Below are positions 18,275 through 30,026 of a stretch of DNA of 64,000 nucleotides, piece after piece. The notes beneath the pieces were generated by a model. That model saw only the letters and a program-made list of their open reading frames with translations, was not told the DNA's origin and searched no databases. Position 1 is the stretch's first letter. Each line of letters starts with the position of its first letter. This DNA comes from Candidatus Omnitrophota bacterium (GTDB taxonomy: Bacteria; Omnitrophota; Gorgyraeia; Gygaellales; Profunditerraquicolaceae): NCBI GenBank assembly GCA_041651115.1, contig JBAZJY010000001.1, forward strand, positions 69,165 through 133,164. Direction: 5' to 3'. The position numbers and the translations under genes are program-made.

Positions 18275-18349
18275 CGGGGCGTGGCTCAGTTTGGCTAGAG
18301 CGCAGCGTTCGGGACGCTGAGGTCACAGGTTCAAGTCCTGTCGCCCCGA
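18275..18349 (+). tRNA. tRNA-Pro (anticodon CGG)
   Basis: A manual cloverleaf gives acceptor CGGGGCG/CGCCCCG, D arm GCTC/GAGC, anticodon stem CAGCG/CGCTG with loop TTCGGGA, T arm ACAGG-TTCAAGT-CCTGT, and discriminator A. No CCA is encoded. Confidence 0.85.
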
Positions 18350-18355
18350 CTTTTT

Positions 18356-18760
18356 ATGACAAAGATCAAAAAAATAACCAGCAAGAATTTCCGGCGCTAT
18401 GGATGGGTGATTGAATATCCCGGCAAGAACTCCCGCGCAAGGAGCAAGAACCTCTTTCGCGTTGTTCTAAAAGAGCCCGCTAAAACCGGCTGGAGGATCG
18501 CTTATCTGGTTGTCCGGGACAAGGCAGTAAGTAAACTGGAACAGCACCCTGACAGTTTTGAAAGTTTTGAGCCGGTTTGCGGAAGAAGTATCCTCTACGT
18601 GGCTGATGCCGGAAATAACGGTAATGCCGCGTGTTTTCTTCTTGATAAACCAGTCATCCTTAAAAAAGGCATCTGGCATGCCATAGCCAGCATTGGAAAA
18701 GAATCGGAAATAAAGATCACCGAAAATTCCAAAGTCAGGTGCGTATACCGGAGGTTATGA
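18356..18760 (+). CDS. Cupin-like protein resembling ureidoglycolate lyase (AllA family); function uncertain
   Basis: Weak similarity to AllA in the motifs YGWVIE ... LEQHPDSFESFEP ... GIWHA. Confidence 0.4.
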   Translation: MTKIKKITSKNFRRYGWVIEYPGKNSRARSKNLFRVVLKEPAKTGWRIAYLVVRDKAVSKLEQHPDSFESFEPVCGRSILYVADAGNNGNAACFLLDKPVILKKGIWHAIASIGKESEIKITENSKVRCVYRRL

Positions 18761-19131
18761 TGGCCAAAAAAAGGATATTGCTGGTAGACGATGAAACCGC
18801 ATTAGTAGATTTGATGAAGATCCGCCTTGAGGCCAATGGCTACGACGTCCTTACCGCAGGCGACGGCCAACTCGCGCTGGATAAGGCGCGCGCAGATATA
18901 CCCGACCTGATCATTCTGGACCTCATGCTCCCCAAGATAGACGGCTATCAAGTTTGCCGCCAGCTTAAATCCGACGAGAAATATAAGCACATCCCCGTAT
19001 TGATGTTCAGCGCCCGCGCTCAGGAAGCCGATAAAAAAAATGGCGAGGAAGCAGGCGCTGACGGCTATATTGTAAAGCCGTTTGATCCGCCCGCTTTATT
19101 ATCCAAGATCAAAGAGCTTCTAAAAGAATAA
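18760..19131 (+). CDS. Single-domain response regulator (CheY-like receiver)
   Basis: A receiver domain (ILLVDDE ... [13 protein letters not shown] ... K). ATG 18760 sits 5 nt after a GGAGG RBS; the ORF track begins at GTG 18739. Confidence 0.8.
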   Translation: MAKKRILLVDDETALVDLMKIRLEANGYDVLTAGDGQLALDKARADIPDLIILDLMLPKIDGYQVCRQLKSDEKYKHIPVLMFSARAQEADKKNGEEAGADGYIVKPFDPPALLSKIKELLKE

Positions 19132-19399
19132 TGAAAAAGCAGGTTCACGTTTATTATAACGGCAGGGTCCAGGGTGTGGGTTTTCGCTTTACTGCCAGAG
19201 AAGCTGCCGATGAATTAGGGGTATCCGGCTGGGTAAGGAATCTTTCCGACGGCAGGGTAGAGATTACCGCAGAAGCCGAAGAGGCAGCGCTGGACGCTTT
19301 TTTAAATAAGTTATACAATTATTTTGAGCGTTATGTGCAGGATGTCGAAATCAACTGGCTTGAGGCAAAGGGAGAATTGAAGGGTTTTGAAGTGAGGTT

Positions 19400-19403
<4 letters not shown>
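19131..19403 (+). CDS. acyP: Acylphosphatase
   Basis: The acylphosphatase signature ([10 protein letters not shown] ... [12 protein letters not shown]), 90 aa. Confidence 0.85.
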
Positions 19404-22641
<3,238 letters not shown>

Positions 22642-22645
<4 letters not shown>

Positions 22646-23262
22646 TCTTAGAAAGGGTTTGTGTCGGAGAACTGGAAGTTAACTGCTATGTCGTTGCCGG
22701 TGACGGATCGCCTGCGGCGGTAGTCATTGATCCGGGAAGCGAAAAAGATAAGATAGCGAAGGTATTGGCCAAACATAAGCTTAAAGCCGTTGCCGTGATC
22801 AATACCCACGGCCACATAGATCATATTGGTTGCGATGATGATTTCGGCGTGCCGGTTTACTGCTCTGAAAAAGATGCGAAGCTCTTGAAAGACAGCCGGC
22901 TTAATTTATCGGGTTTTCTTTCTTCGCCGTTTAGCGTGAAGTCGGCAATAACGCAGTTAAAGGACAATCAGGTAATCAGCCTGGCCGGGATTGAATTCAA
23001 GGTTATCCATACTCCGGGCCACACACCCGGCGGGATCTGCCTCTTAGTAAAGGATGAGGCAAGGTACGTGCTTTTCAGCGGGGACAGCTTATTTCGTTCA
23101 AGCGTGGGCCGCTCGGATTTTGAGGGCGCAGACGGCGAGGCCTTGATAAATTCGATCAAAGAGCGGTTGCTGGTTTTGCCAGATGAAACAGTCGTCTATC
23201 CCGGCCATGGCCCGGCAACGACGATCGGATATGAAAAAGAACATAATCCATTTTTGGTATAG
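22642..23262 (+). CDS. MBL-fold metallo-hydrolase (hydroxyacylglutathione hydrolase-like)
   Basis: The motif HGHIDHIG plus downstream His/Asp ligands. 206 aa. Confidence 0.8.
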
Positions 23263-23264
23263 CA

Positions 23265-23356
23265 ATTACGGGTCCTGTCTGTTGATTTACCCCGTCCTCA
23301 CTCAAGCTTGCGCTTTCGTTCGGTCGGGGTCCCCAAATCAACAGCCACCCGTAATT
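23265..23356. repeat. 92-nt three-stem extended hairpin that fills the MBL-xerD intergenic region
   Basis: Nested inverted repeats: AATTACGGGT/ACCCGTAATT, CTGTTGATTT/AAATCAACAG and ACCCCG/CGGGGT, around a 30-nt loop. Confidence 0.45.
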
Positions 23357-23369
23357 ACCCAAAGCAAAT

Positions 23370-24257
23370 ATGAATGAATTAATTGACAGCTTTTTAAATT
23401 ATCTCTCTGTAGAGAGGGGGTTGTCGGGCAATACGCTTTCTTCGTATGGCCGGGACCTTAAATGTTATATGGATTTTCTGACCCGCAGCCATATTGATGC
23501 CCTATCCAAAGCCGGAAAGAATGAGATCGTAGATTTTATGTTTTATCAAAAAGATAAAGGCATGGCGCCGAACTCGGTCTCCCGCCGGCTTTCGGCAATA
23601 AGGATGTTCTATAAGTTCCTGGCGCGGGAAAGGATCTTAAAAAGCGACCCTTCCAGCCAGATCGATTCCCCAAAGCTTTGGCATAAAATACCCGATGTCC
23701 TGTCATTGAACGAAGTAGAATCCCTCTTGGCTCAGCCGGATACCCGCGACAGCCAAGGCATACGCGACAAGGCCTTTATCGAGGCTCTTTATGCAACCGG
23801 CATGCGGGTTTCGGAAGTAGTAAACTTAAAAGTTGACAACGTGAACATGGATGTTGGGTTTTTGCGTTGCACCGGCAAAGGCAATAAAGAACGGATCATT
23901 CCTTTGGGCAGGAAAGCGATTGATTACATCAAACGGTATATGGATACCGGCCGTAAAAAATTGCTTGGGAATAAAGAAAGCGAATATTTATTTATCAGCC
24001 GGCTGGGCAAGAAGATATCGCGGCAGTCGTTTTGGAAGATCATTAAGAAATACGCCCGGCAGGCAAAGATCAAAAAACCGATCAAGCCGCATACGCTGCG
24101 GCATTCCTTTGCCACGCATCTTTTAGAGAGGGGCGCCGACCTGCGCTCGGTGCAGGAAATGCTCGGCCACGCGAATATTTCCACGACGCAGATCTATACG
24201 CACGTAAACAAGGACCGGTTAAAATCGATACATAAAACTTTCCATCCGAGGCCCTAA
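23370..24257 (+). CDS. xerD: Tyrosine recombinase XerD
   Basis: Near-collinear with XerD across the whole 295 aa (LYATGMRVSE ... GKGNKERIIPLG ... HTLRHSFATHLL ... LGHANISTTQIYTHV, ending HPRP). Confidence 0.85.
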   Translation: MNELIDSFLNYLSVERGLSGNTLSSYGRDLKCYMDFLTRSHIDALSKAGKNEIVDFMFYQKDKGMAPNSVSRRLSAIRMFYKFLARERILKSDPSSQIDSPKLWHKIPDVLSLNEVESLLAQPDTRDSQGIRDKAFIEALYATGMRVSEVVNLKVDNVNMDVGFLRCTGKGNKERIIPLGRKAIDYIKRYMDTGRKKLLGNKESEYLFISRLGKKISRQSFWKIIKKYARQAKIKKPIKPHTLRHSFATHLLERGADLRSVQEMLGHANISTTQIYTHVNKDRLKSIHKTFHPRP

Positions 24258-24258
24258 A

Positions 24259-25542
24259 ATGAAAAAATATCTGGCGAAACTACCGAAAGAAATGCGGGAC
24301 TTGATTTGCCTTACCGGCGAGGTCGCTGAGCTAAGGCGTATGCGCGTTTATCTTGTTGGCGGGTTTGTGCGCGACCTTATGCTTAAGGTAAAAAACTTTG
24401 ATCTTGACGTTGTGGTTGAAGGCGACGGCATAACCTTTGCCGAGGACCTTGCGGCCAGGCTTAAGGCAAGGCTTATCAAGCATCATAGATTTTGCACGGC
24501 AACGGTCATTGCCGGCCGCGGGTTAAAAATAGATGTTGCCACGGCAAGGAACGAGACTTACCCGGAGCCTGCGGCGCTTCCCGTAGTTGAACCGGGATGC
24601 GTTAAGGAAGATTTAAAAAGGCGCGATTTTACGATAAATGCCATGGCCATAGATATCAGCGGATGTAGATACGGCAGCCTGGTAGATTTTTTTCACGGTA
24701 AGCAGGACCTGGCAAAAAAGAAGATCCGGATATTGCACGATAAGAGTTTTATCGACGATCCAACGCGCATGCTGCGCGCGGTGCGCTTTGAACAGCGCTA
24801 TGGCTTCCGCATGGAGCCGCAGACCATAAAATTGCTTAAGGCTGCGAAGCGCAGGAAAATGCTGGAAAAAGTCCAGCCGCAGAGAGTGCGCGACGAATTG
24901 ATCCTTATGCTTAAAGAGAAATACCCGATAATCCATTTGAAGCGTTTAAGCAGCCTTGTGGGCTTGCGGTTCATCAGCCCGCGCCTTAAATTGGCTGCCG
25001 CAGGCATGCGGTTGCTGAAGGCAGTAGAAGAGGAGATCAACTGGTATAAACGCACGTACAGCCATCGCCGGCCGCTGGAAACCTGGCTGATGTATCTCAT
25101 GGCATTAACCGATAGCCTGCGAGTCCCTGCTGCGCAGCAGATATGCAAGGATTTTGCCTTACGCAAGGGAGAAGAAAAAAGGATTATCAGCCTTAAAAAG
25201 CTAAACAGAAAATTTATCCTTGAGCTGGCAAAGCCGGGCCTCAAGCCTTCAAGGATATTCCGGTTGCTTGAGCCGCTAAGCTATGAAACAATCCTTTTGG
25301 CTAAGGCAAAATATCGCCTTGGCGCGGTCAACCGGCACATTGAGGATTTCCTGGAGATCTATAACGGGATGCGTATCTATATTTCCGGCAATCATCTGCG
25401 CAGCCTCGGGATAGAGCCGGGCCCGGTTTACCAAAAAATATTTACAAAAGTGCTTGAGGCTAAGCTAAACGGCCTGATAAAGACCGAAGCAGAAGAGCTG
25501 GCCCTAATCAAAGAGTTAACGAAAAAAACGGAGACGAGCTGA
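24259..25542 (+). CDS. cca: CCA-adding enzyme / poly(A) polymerase family nucleotidyltransferase
   Basis: The Pol-beta-like head motif GGFVRDLML ... DLDVVV plus a tRNA-NT C-terminal region. Confidence 0.7.
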   Translation: MKKYLAKLPKEMRDLICLTGEVAELRRMRVYLVGGFVRDLMLKVKNFDLDVVVEGDGITFAEDLAARLKARLIKHHRFCTATVIAGRGLKIDVATARNETYPEPAALPVVEPGCVKEDLKRRDFTINAMAIDISGCRYGSLVDFFHGKQDLAKKKIRILHDKSFIDDPTRMLRAVRFEQRYGFRMEPQTIKLLKAAKRRKMLEKVQPQRVRDELILMLKEKYPIIHLKRLSSLVGLRFISPRLKLAAAGMRLLKAVEEEINWYKRTYSHRRPLETWLMYLMALTDSLRVPAAQQICKDFALRKGEEKRIISLKKLNRKFILELAKPGLKPSRIFRLLEPLSYETILLAKAKYRLGAVNRHIEDFLEIYNGMRIYISGNHLRSLGIEPGPVYQKIFTKVLEAKLNGLIKTEAEELALIKELTKKTETS

Positions 25543-25937
25543 TGGCAAGGCATGACAGGATAGTTGAGGCATTAAGGGAGGAAGTGAGCATTATCATCCA
25601 TGATGACATAAAAGACCCGCGCCTGGGGTTTGTTACGATTACCAAAGTTGAGCTGGCGCCGGATAAGCGGTTTGCCAAGATCTTTTACAGCGTCCTGGGC
25701 AATGAAGATGCGCGCAACAAGACCAAAGAGGCGCTTGATTCTTCGCTCGGGTTTGTCCGCAAGCTCGTCGGAGAAAGGATCAATTTAAGGTTTGTGCCTG
25801 AACTTATGTTTGATGAAGACAGGTCACAGGAATATTCCAGCCGCATTGAGGAAATCCTTAATGAAATAAAAGAGAGCGAGGCAAAGGAGAAGCATGGGCC
25901 TAAAAAAAATCGTCGCACAAATAAAAAATCACAATAA
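25542..25937 (+). CDS. rbfA: Ribosome-binding factor A
   Basis: RbfA family (RLGFVTITKVELAPDKRFAKIFYSVLG). Confidence 0.85.
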   Translation: MARHDRIVEALREEVSIIIHDDIKDPRLGFVTITKVELAPDKRFAKIFYSVLGNEDARNKTKEALDSSLGFVRKLVGERINLRFVPELMFDEDRSQEYSSRIEEILNEIKESEAKEKHGPKKNRRTNKKSQ

Positions 25938-26883
25938 TTTCCTGATCTCAAGCCACGTCAATATGGAAGGCGACGCCCTGGGTTCGGAATTGGCGTTTGG
26001 CCGCCTGATAAAGCTGCTGGGGAAGAACGCGGTCATCGTCAACGAAGATAAAGTGCCTTATGGTTACGGGTTTTTGCCGGGTATAAACGGCATCAAAAAA
26101 TATAAAGATAACCTCAAGGGCATAAAATTTGACTGTTTTGTGGCGCTTGATTGTTCTGATATAAAGCGCACAGGCGAAGTCTACCGGATGAATAAGGAAA
26201 ATAAGCCCGTACTTAATATTGACCACCATATCAGCAATACAAAATTCGGCACGTTCAACTGGGTTGATCCGTATGCTTCTTCCGCCTGCGAAATGGTCTA
26301 TGAGCTGTATAAAAAAATGAAGGTCCGGCTTGATAAGGACGCGGCATTATATCTTTACGCGGGCATACTTACGGATACCGGGTCTTTCCGTTATTCCAAT
26401 ACTACGGCCGCCACGCATAAGATCGCTGCCGAACTTCTGGGTTTCGGCATTAATGTGGTGGAGGTTTACAAAAACGTCTACGGTAACCTGCCGTTTAACG
26501 AGATGAAGCTGGTCACTCATATTTTAAACAACATCAAGCGCCGCAATAACGGTAAGGTGGTCTGGTTTGAGGCAGATAGCCGCTTGCTTAAAAAATATAA
26601 AGCGCAGTATGTTGACCTGACGGATTATGTGATGAATTTCGGCCGGGCGATTGACGGCGTGGAAGTGGTGGTATTGTTTAAAGAGAACCTGGGAGTTAAA
26701 AACGAGGTTCGCGTCAATTTTCGCTCGCAGGGTAAGATTGATGTAAACGCGATCGCCCAGGGTTTTGGCGGTGGCGGCCACAGGGGCGCTGCCGGATGCA
26801 CCCTGCACGGCGCGCTTGCCGGGATAAAAAAGCAGGTATTAAAAAAGGTTGATGCCGCGTTTGCAAAAGAGAAGGACTGGTGA
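25894..26883 (+). CDS. nrnA: DHH-family oligoribonuclease / pAp phosphatase NrnA
   Basis: A DHH motif (HVNMEGDALGS, DHH) and a DHHA1 GGGH motif. It follows rbfA, as usual. The true start may lie a little downstream of 25894. Confidence 0.8.
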   Translation: MGLKKIVAQIKNHNNFLISSHVNMEGDALGSELAFGRLIKLLGKNAVIVNEDKVPYGYGFLPGINGIKKYKDNLKGIKFDCFVALDCSDIKRTGEVYRMNKENKPVLNIDHHISNTKFGTFNWVDPYASSACEMVYELYKKMKVRLDKDAALYLYAGILTDTGSFRYSNTTAATHKIAAELLGFGINVVEVYKNVYGNLPFNEMKLVTHILNNIKRRNNGKVVWFEADSRLLKKYKAQYVDLTDYVMNFGRAIDGVEVVVLFKENLGVKNEVRVNFRSQGKIDVNAIAQGFGGGGHRGAAGCTLHGALAGIKKQVLKKVDAAFAKEKDW

Positions 26884-28472
26884 AAAAGATAGCGGCGCTG
26901 ATAATATTTACCGCCATAGTTTATGCCAATTCGCTCGCGAATAATTTTGTCCTGGATGATTCCAGCGTCATCTTAGGCAATAAATTCATAAAATTATGGA
27001 AGAATTTTCCGCGCATCTTCACGCGGTCTTATCTTACGCCTTTTACGGATACTGCGGTTGATCATCGTTTTGGCAGCCAGGAAACTTCTTACCGGCCGGT
27101 AACCACCGCGTCCTACTTTATAGATCACGCCCTTTGGAAAAACAACCCTTTTGGATATCACCTGACCAACCTGCTGCTGCACATATTTAACGTGATCCTG
27201 GTTTATACCCTCGCGCTATTGATCACCGGCACAAGCGCGGCTGCCCTGTTCGCGGGATTACTGTTTGCCCTTCACCCGGCAAATGCCGAAGCGGTAAACG
27301 TGATCTCTTTCCGTGATGACCTGCTTTGTTTTACCTTCTTTATTTCTTCGTTAATATTTTACATTAAGCTGCGTAAGCCTGCCGCGAAGAAAAATCCGTT
27401 AATCTATGCAGCCTCATTGTGCTTATTCCTGCTGGCGTTATTTTCCAAAGAGATGGCGATCAGCCTGCCGCTGGTAATACTTTTATACGATTGGATCTTT
27501 AACCGGGAGAGCGAAGCAGGAAAGCCGCTTATCAGGCCGCGGCACTTTGGGTATTTTTTTGTTTTGCTGTTTTACGCCTGGATCAGGTTTTCTGTCATGC
27601 GCAACCCGACAGAGCCGGCAGTGGCTTATATCGGAGGAAGTTTCTTTACGGCCATGATCGCGATGTTCCAGGCTGCGGCCGCGTATTTAAAAACGCTGGT
27701 ATTGCCGCTTGACGCGCATTACATACTGCCGCAAGATCCGCGTATTTCCGTAAACCCGGTATTCGTGCCCGCGGCATTATTTTCCGCGCTGCTGGTTCTA
27801 TCGGTTTTACTGTTTGCGCTGAAGGCCCGCAGGAATTTTAAAGTGGCGGCATTTTGCATATTCTGGTTTTTTGTTACGCTGCTTCCGGTATCTAATCTTT
27901 GGCCGATAACAAACCCGATGGCAATGCGCTACCTGTATATACCCATTTCAGGATTTTGCATTTTACTCGCGTTGGCATTGACCCGCCGGAATACGTTTAA
28001 GGCCGGGGTTTTAGCGGTGGTTATTTTATCGTTTTACGCTTTCTTTACAACGGCAGCTAACCGCACCTGGCATAATAATGCCGGTTTTTGGGCAGAGATG
28101 ACAAAAAAATACCCGGAAAGCCCTTTAGCGTATTATAATCTGGGATTAGCTTATGCAAAGGCCAGGCAGGCAGATACGGCAATCCCGTTATTTAAGAAGG
28201 CGATAAGCCTTAAGCCTGCTTACGCCGATGCCCATAGGAATTTAGGGATCTGTTATTTATTAAATGGCATATCGGATAAGGCGATTGAAGAATTCAACGC
28301 GTCGTTAAATTCAAAGCCACGATCGGCAGATACGTACAACGACCTTGGCATCGGCTATGCCGCGAAGAAAGACTATGAGAAGGCGCAAAAGATGTGGCGG
28401 GAGGCCCTGGCGATAGACCCGGAACATAAGAACGCGCAAAGCAACCTGGAGCAATCCGCGGGAAAAATATAA
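26880..28472 (+). CDS. Multi-pass membrane protein with C-terminal TPR repeats (TMTC/PMT-like glycosyltransferase family 39 architecture)
   Basis: About 11 predicted TM helices are followed by TPR units (YYNLGLAYAK ... AHRNLGICYL ... YNDLGIGYA). Confidence 0.6.
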   Translation: MKKIAALIIFTAIVYANSLANNFVLDDSSVILGNKFIKLWKNFPRIFTRSYLTPFTDTAVDHRFGSQETSYRPVTTASYFIDHALWKNNPFGYHLTNLLLHIFNVILVYTLALLITGTSAAALFAGLLFALHPANAEAVNVISFRDDLLCFTFFISSLIFYIKLRKPAAKKNPLIYAASLCLFLLALFSKEMAISLPLVILLYDWIFNRESEAGKPLIRPRHFGYFFVLLFYAWIRFSVMRNPTEPAVAYIGGSFFTAMIAMFQAAAAYLKTLVLPLDAHYILPQDPRISVNPVFVPAALFSALLVLSVLLFALKARRNFKVAAFCIFWFFVTLLPVSNLWPITNPMAMRYLYIPISGFCILLALALTRRNTFKAGVLAVVILSFYAFFTTAANRTWHNNAGFWAEMTKKYPESPLAYYNLGLAYAKARQADTAIPLFKKAISLKPAYADAHRNLGICYLLNGISDKAIEEFNASLNSKPRSADTYNDLGIGYAAKKDYEKAQKMWREALAIDPEHKNAQSNLEQSAGKI

Positions 28473-28473
28473 A

Positions 28474-29379
28474 ATGAAAATTATTTATGGGATCGAAAAG
28501 ATCGGGAAATTCAGCAAACCGGTAATTGCGCTGGGCGTGTTTGACGGCGTGCATTTAGGCCACAAGCATATCCTGCGGGCAGCCGTAAAAAAGGCGCGGG
28601 AAATAAACGGCACGAGCGTGGTCGTAACTTTTTACCCGCATCCGCAAAAAGAACAGAGCCTTTATTCTTTAGAGCATCGCTTAAGGCTGATCGCCGCTAT
28701 CGGCATAGATGCATGTATCGTAATTAATTTCAGCCCGGCTTTCGCGAAGATAAAGGCGGAAGATTTTATCAGGAAAATGATCTGCGGCAGGATCGGGGCG
28801 GCATTTATTTTTGTGGGGAAGAATTTCCGTTTCGGCTATCGCGCGGCAGGAAGCCGCCGGCTCCTGGAGAATTTAGCGCGGGAGTGCGGTTACAAGCTTA
28901 AGGTTTTCGCGGCAATAAAAACTAACCGCCGCCTGATCAGCAGCACGCGCATCCGCAGATTGATCACAATGGGCAGGCTGTCCACGGCGCAAAAACTGCT
29001 TACCCGCCCGGTAACTGTCCTCGGGACGGTAGTGAAGGGGATCTCGTTGGCGAGGAAAATAGGTTTTCCCACTGCCAATATCAATCCGCACCACGAAATA
29101 CTTCCGCCTTCGGGAGTATACGCGGTAAAAGTTTTCTTTGAAGGAAAAAATTTTAACGGCGTTTGTAACATCGGAAGAAAGCCGACAGTTACAGCCGGCC
29201 GCAAAGATAAACATGTGGAAGTTTACATTTTTAATTTTAACAGGAATATTTACGGTAAAGACTTGGAAATACGGTTTATCAAAAAAATAAGAGAAGAAGT
29301 GGAATTCCCCACGCTTAAGCATTTAGCCTGCCAAATCGCAAAAGACGTAAAAAAAGCCAAAATTATCCTGTCCGCGTAA
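28474..29379 (+). CDS. ribF: Bifunctional riboflavin kinase / FMN adenylyltransferase
   Basis: An FAD synthetase N-terminus (GVFDGVHLGHKHIL) and a riboflavin kinase C-terminus. Confidence 0.9.
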   Translation: MKIIYGIEKIGKFSKPVIALGVFDGVHLGHKHILRAAVKKAREINGTSVVVTFYPHPQKEQSLYSLEHRLRLIAAIGIDACIVINFSPAFAKIKAEDFIRKMICGRIGAAFIFVGKNFRFGYRAAGSRRLLENLARECGYKLKVFAAIKTNRRLISSTRIRRLITMGRLSTAQKLLTRPVTVLGTVVKGISLARKIGFPTANINPHHEILPPSGVYAVKVFFEGKNFNGVCNIGRKPTVTAGRKDKHVEVYIFNFNRNIYGKDLEIRFIKKIREEVEFPTLKHLACQIAKDVKKAKIILSA

Positions 29380-29462
29380 AGTTTACCCACCACAAGCTGT
29401 CCAAAATATCCGGGTTTTAGCCACAATATCTTGTGCCGCAATACTTTTTTAAATTATTTATC

Positions 29463-29491
29463 TTGACAAAAAGGGGGTGTTTTACTATAAT
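29463..29491 (+). promoter_or_regulatory. Sigma70 promoter (TTGACA-17-TATAAT) of the mraZ / division-cell-wall operon
   Basis: Consensus hexamers at 29463-29468 and 29486-29491. Confidence 0.7.
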
Positions 29492-29502
29492 CATGTCACG
29501 AT

Positions 29503-29526
29503 GTGGTTAAGAGTGGAGTAAAGTGG
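29503..29526 (+). promoter_or_regulatory. Putative MraZ operator: three GTGG repeats at 10-bp periodicity
   Basis: GTGG-N6-GTGG-N6-GTGG lies just downstream of the -10 element. MraZ is known to bind such direct repeats in its own promoter. Confidence 0.55.
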
Positions 29527-29564
29527 ATGAGGGCATAAACCGAATCCTACAGGAGTAAAACGCT

Positions 29565-30002
29565 ATGTTCTATGGCGAATATTCACATTCAATAGACCGT
29601 AAAGGCCGCCTTATTTTACCTGCCAAATTCCGCGAAGTTGCCAAGAATAACTTCATTGAAAAATTTTTTGTTACCCGTGGTTTAGATAAGTGCCTTTTTA
29701 TGTTTTCCGAGGAAGAATGGAAGACCCAGGAAAATAAATTTAAGGCGATCTCTTTTACCAAACAGGAAGGCAGGACGTTCAACCGCATCTATTTTTCCGG
29801 CGCGGCTGACGTTACTCCCGATAAGCAGGGGAGGATCCTTCTGCCGCAATACCTTAAGGATTTTGCCGCGATAAAAAAGGACGTGATCATCGTCGGCGTA
29901 TCTAACCGGATTGAGATCTGGGCAAGCACTGCGTGGGAGGATTTTTACGCCAACTCCCGCCAGTCGTTTGAAGGCATAGCTGAAAAGTTGATTGACAATT
30001 AG
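29565..30002 (+). CDS. mraZ: Transcriptional regulator MraZ
   Basis: Duplicated MraZ domains (DRKGRLILPAKFR ... DKQGRILLPQYLK). Confidence 0.9.
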   Translation: MFYGEYSHSIDRKGRLILPAKFREVAKNNFIEKFFVTRGLDKCLFMFSEEEWKTQENKFKAISFTKQEGRTFNRIYFSGAADVTPDKQGRILLPQYLKDFAAIKKDVIIVGVSNRIEIWASTAWEDFYANSRQSFEGIAEKLIDN

Positions 30003-30026
30003 CGTTTTAAAAAACGTTTAACATAT

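Noticed and set aside
18127-18414. 95-aa ORF (MISPLDDKIAGRGSSPQKAAR repeated three times) in the ORF track
   Set aside because: It is produced purely by translation of the 60-bp tandem repeats and of the tRNA-Pro gene itself. The repetitive peptide mirrors the DNA repeat, and the ORF overlaps a bona fide tRNA.
23183-23377. 64-aa plus-strand ORF between the MBL hydrolase and xerD
   Set aside because: It overlaps the 3' end of the MBL gene and the whole 92-nt hairpin element, and is out of frame with both neighbours. It is more plausibly non-coding structured DNA or RNA.
23370-24257. xerD as a sign of an integrated mobile element or prophage
   Set aside because: The protein is collinear with chromosomal XerD over its full 295 aa, including the HPRP C-terminal end. 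It lacks the longer N-terminal arm-binding domain of phage integrases. The flanking genes are housekeeping.
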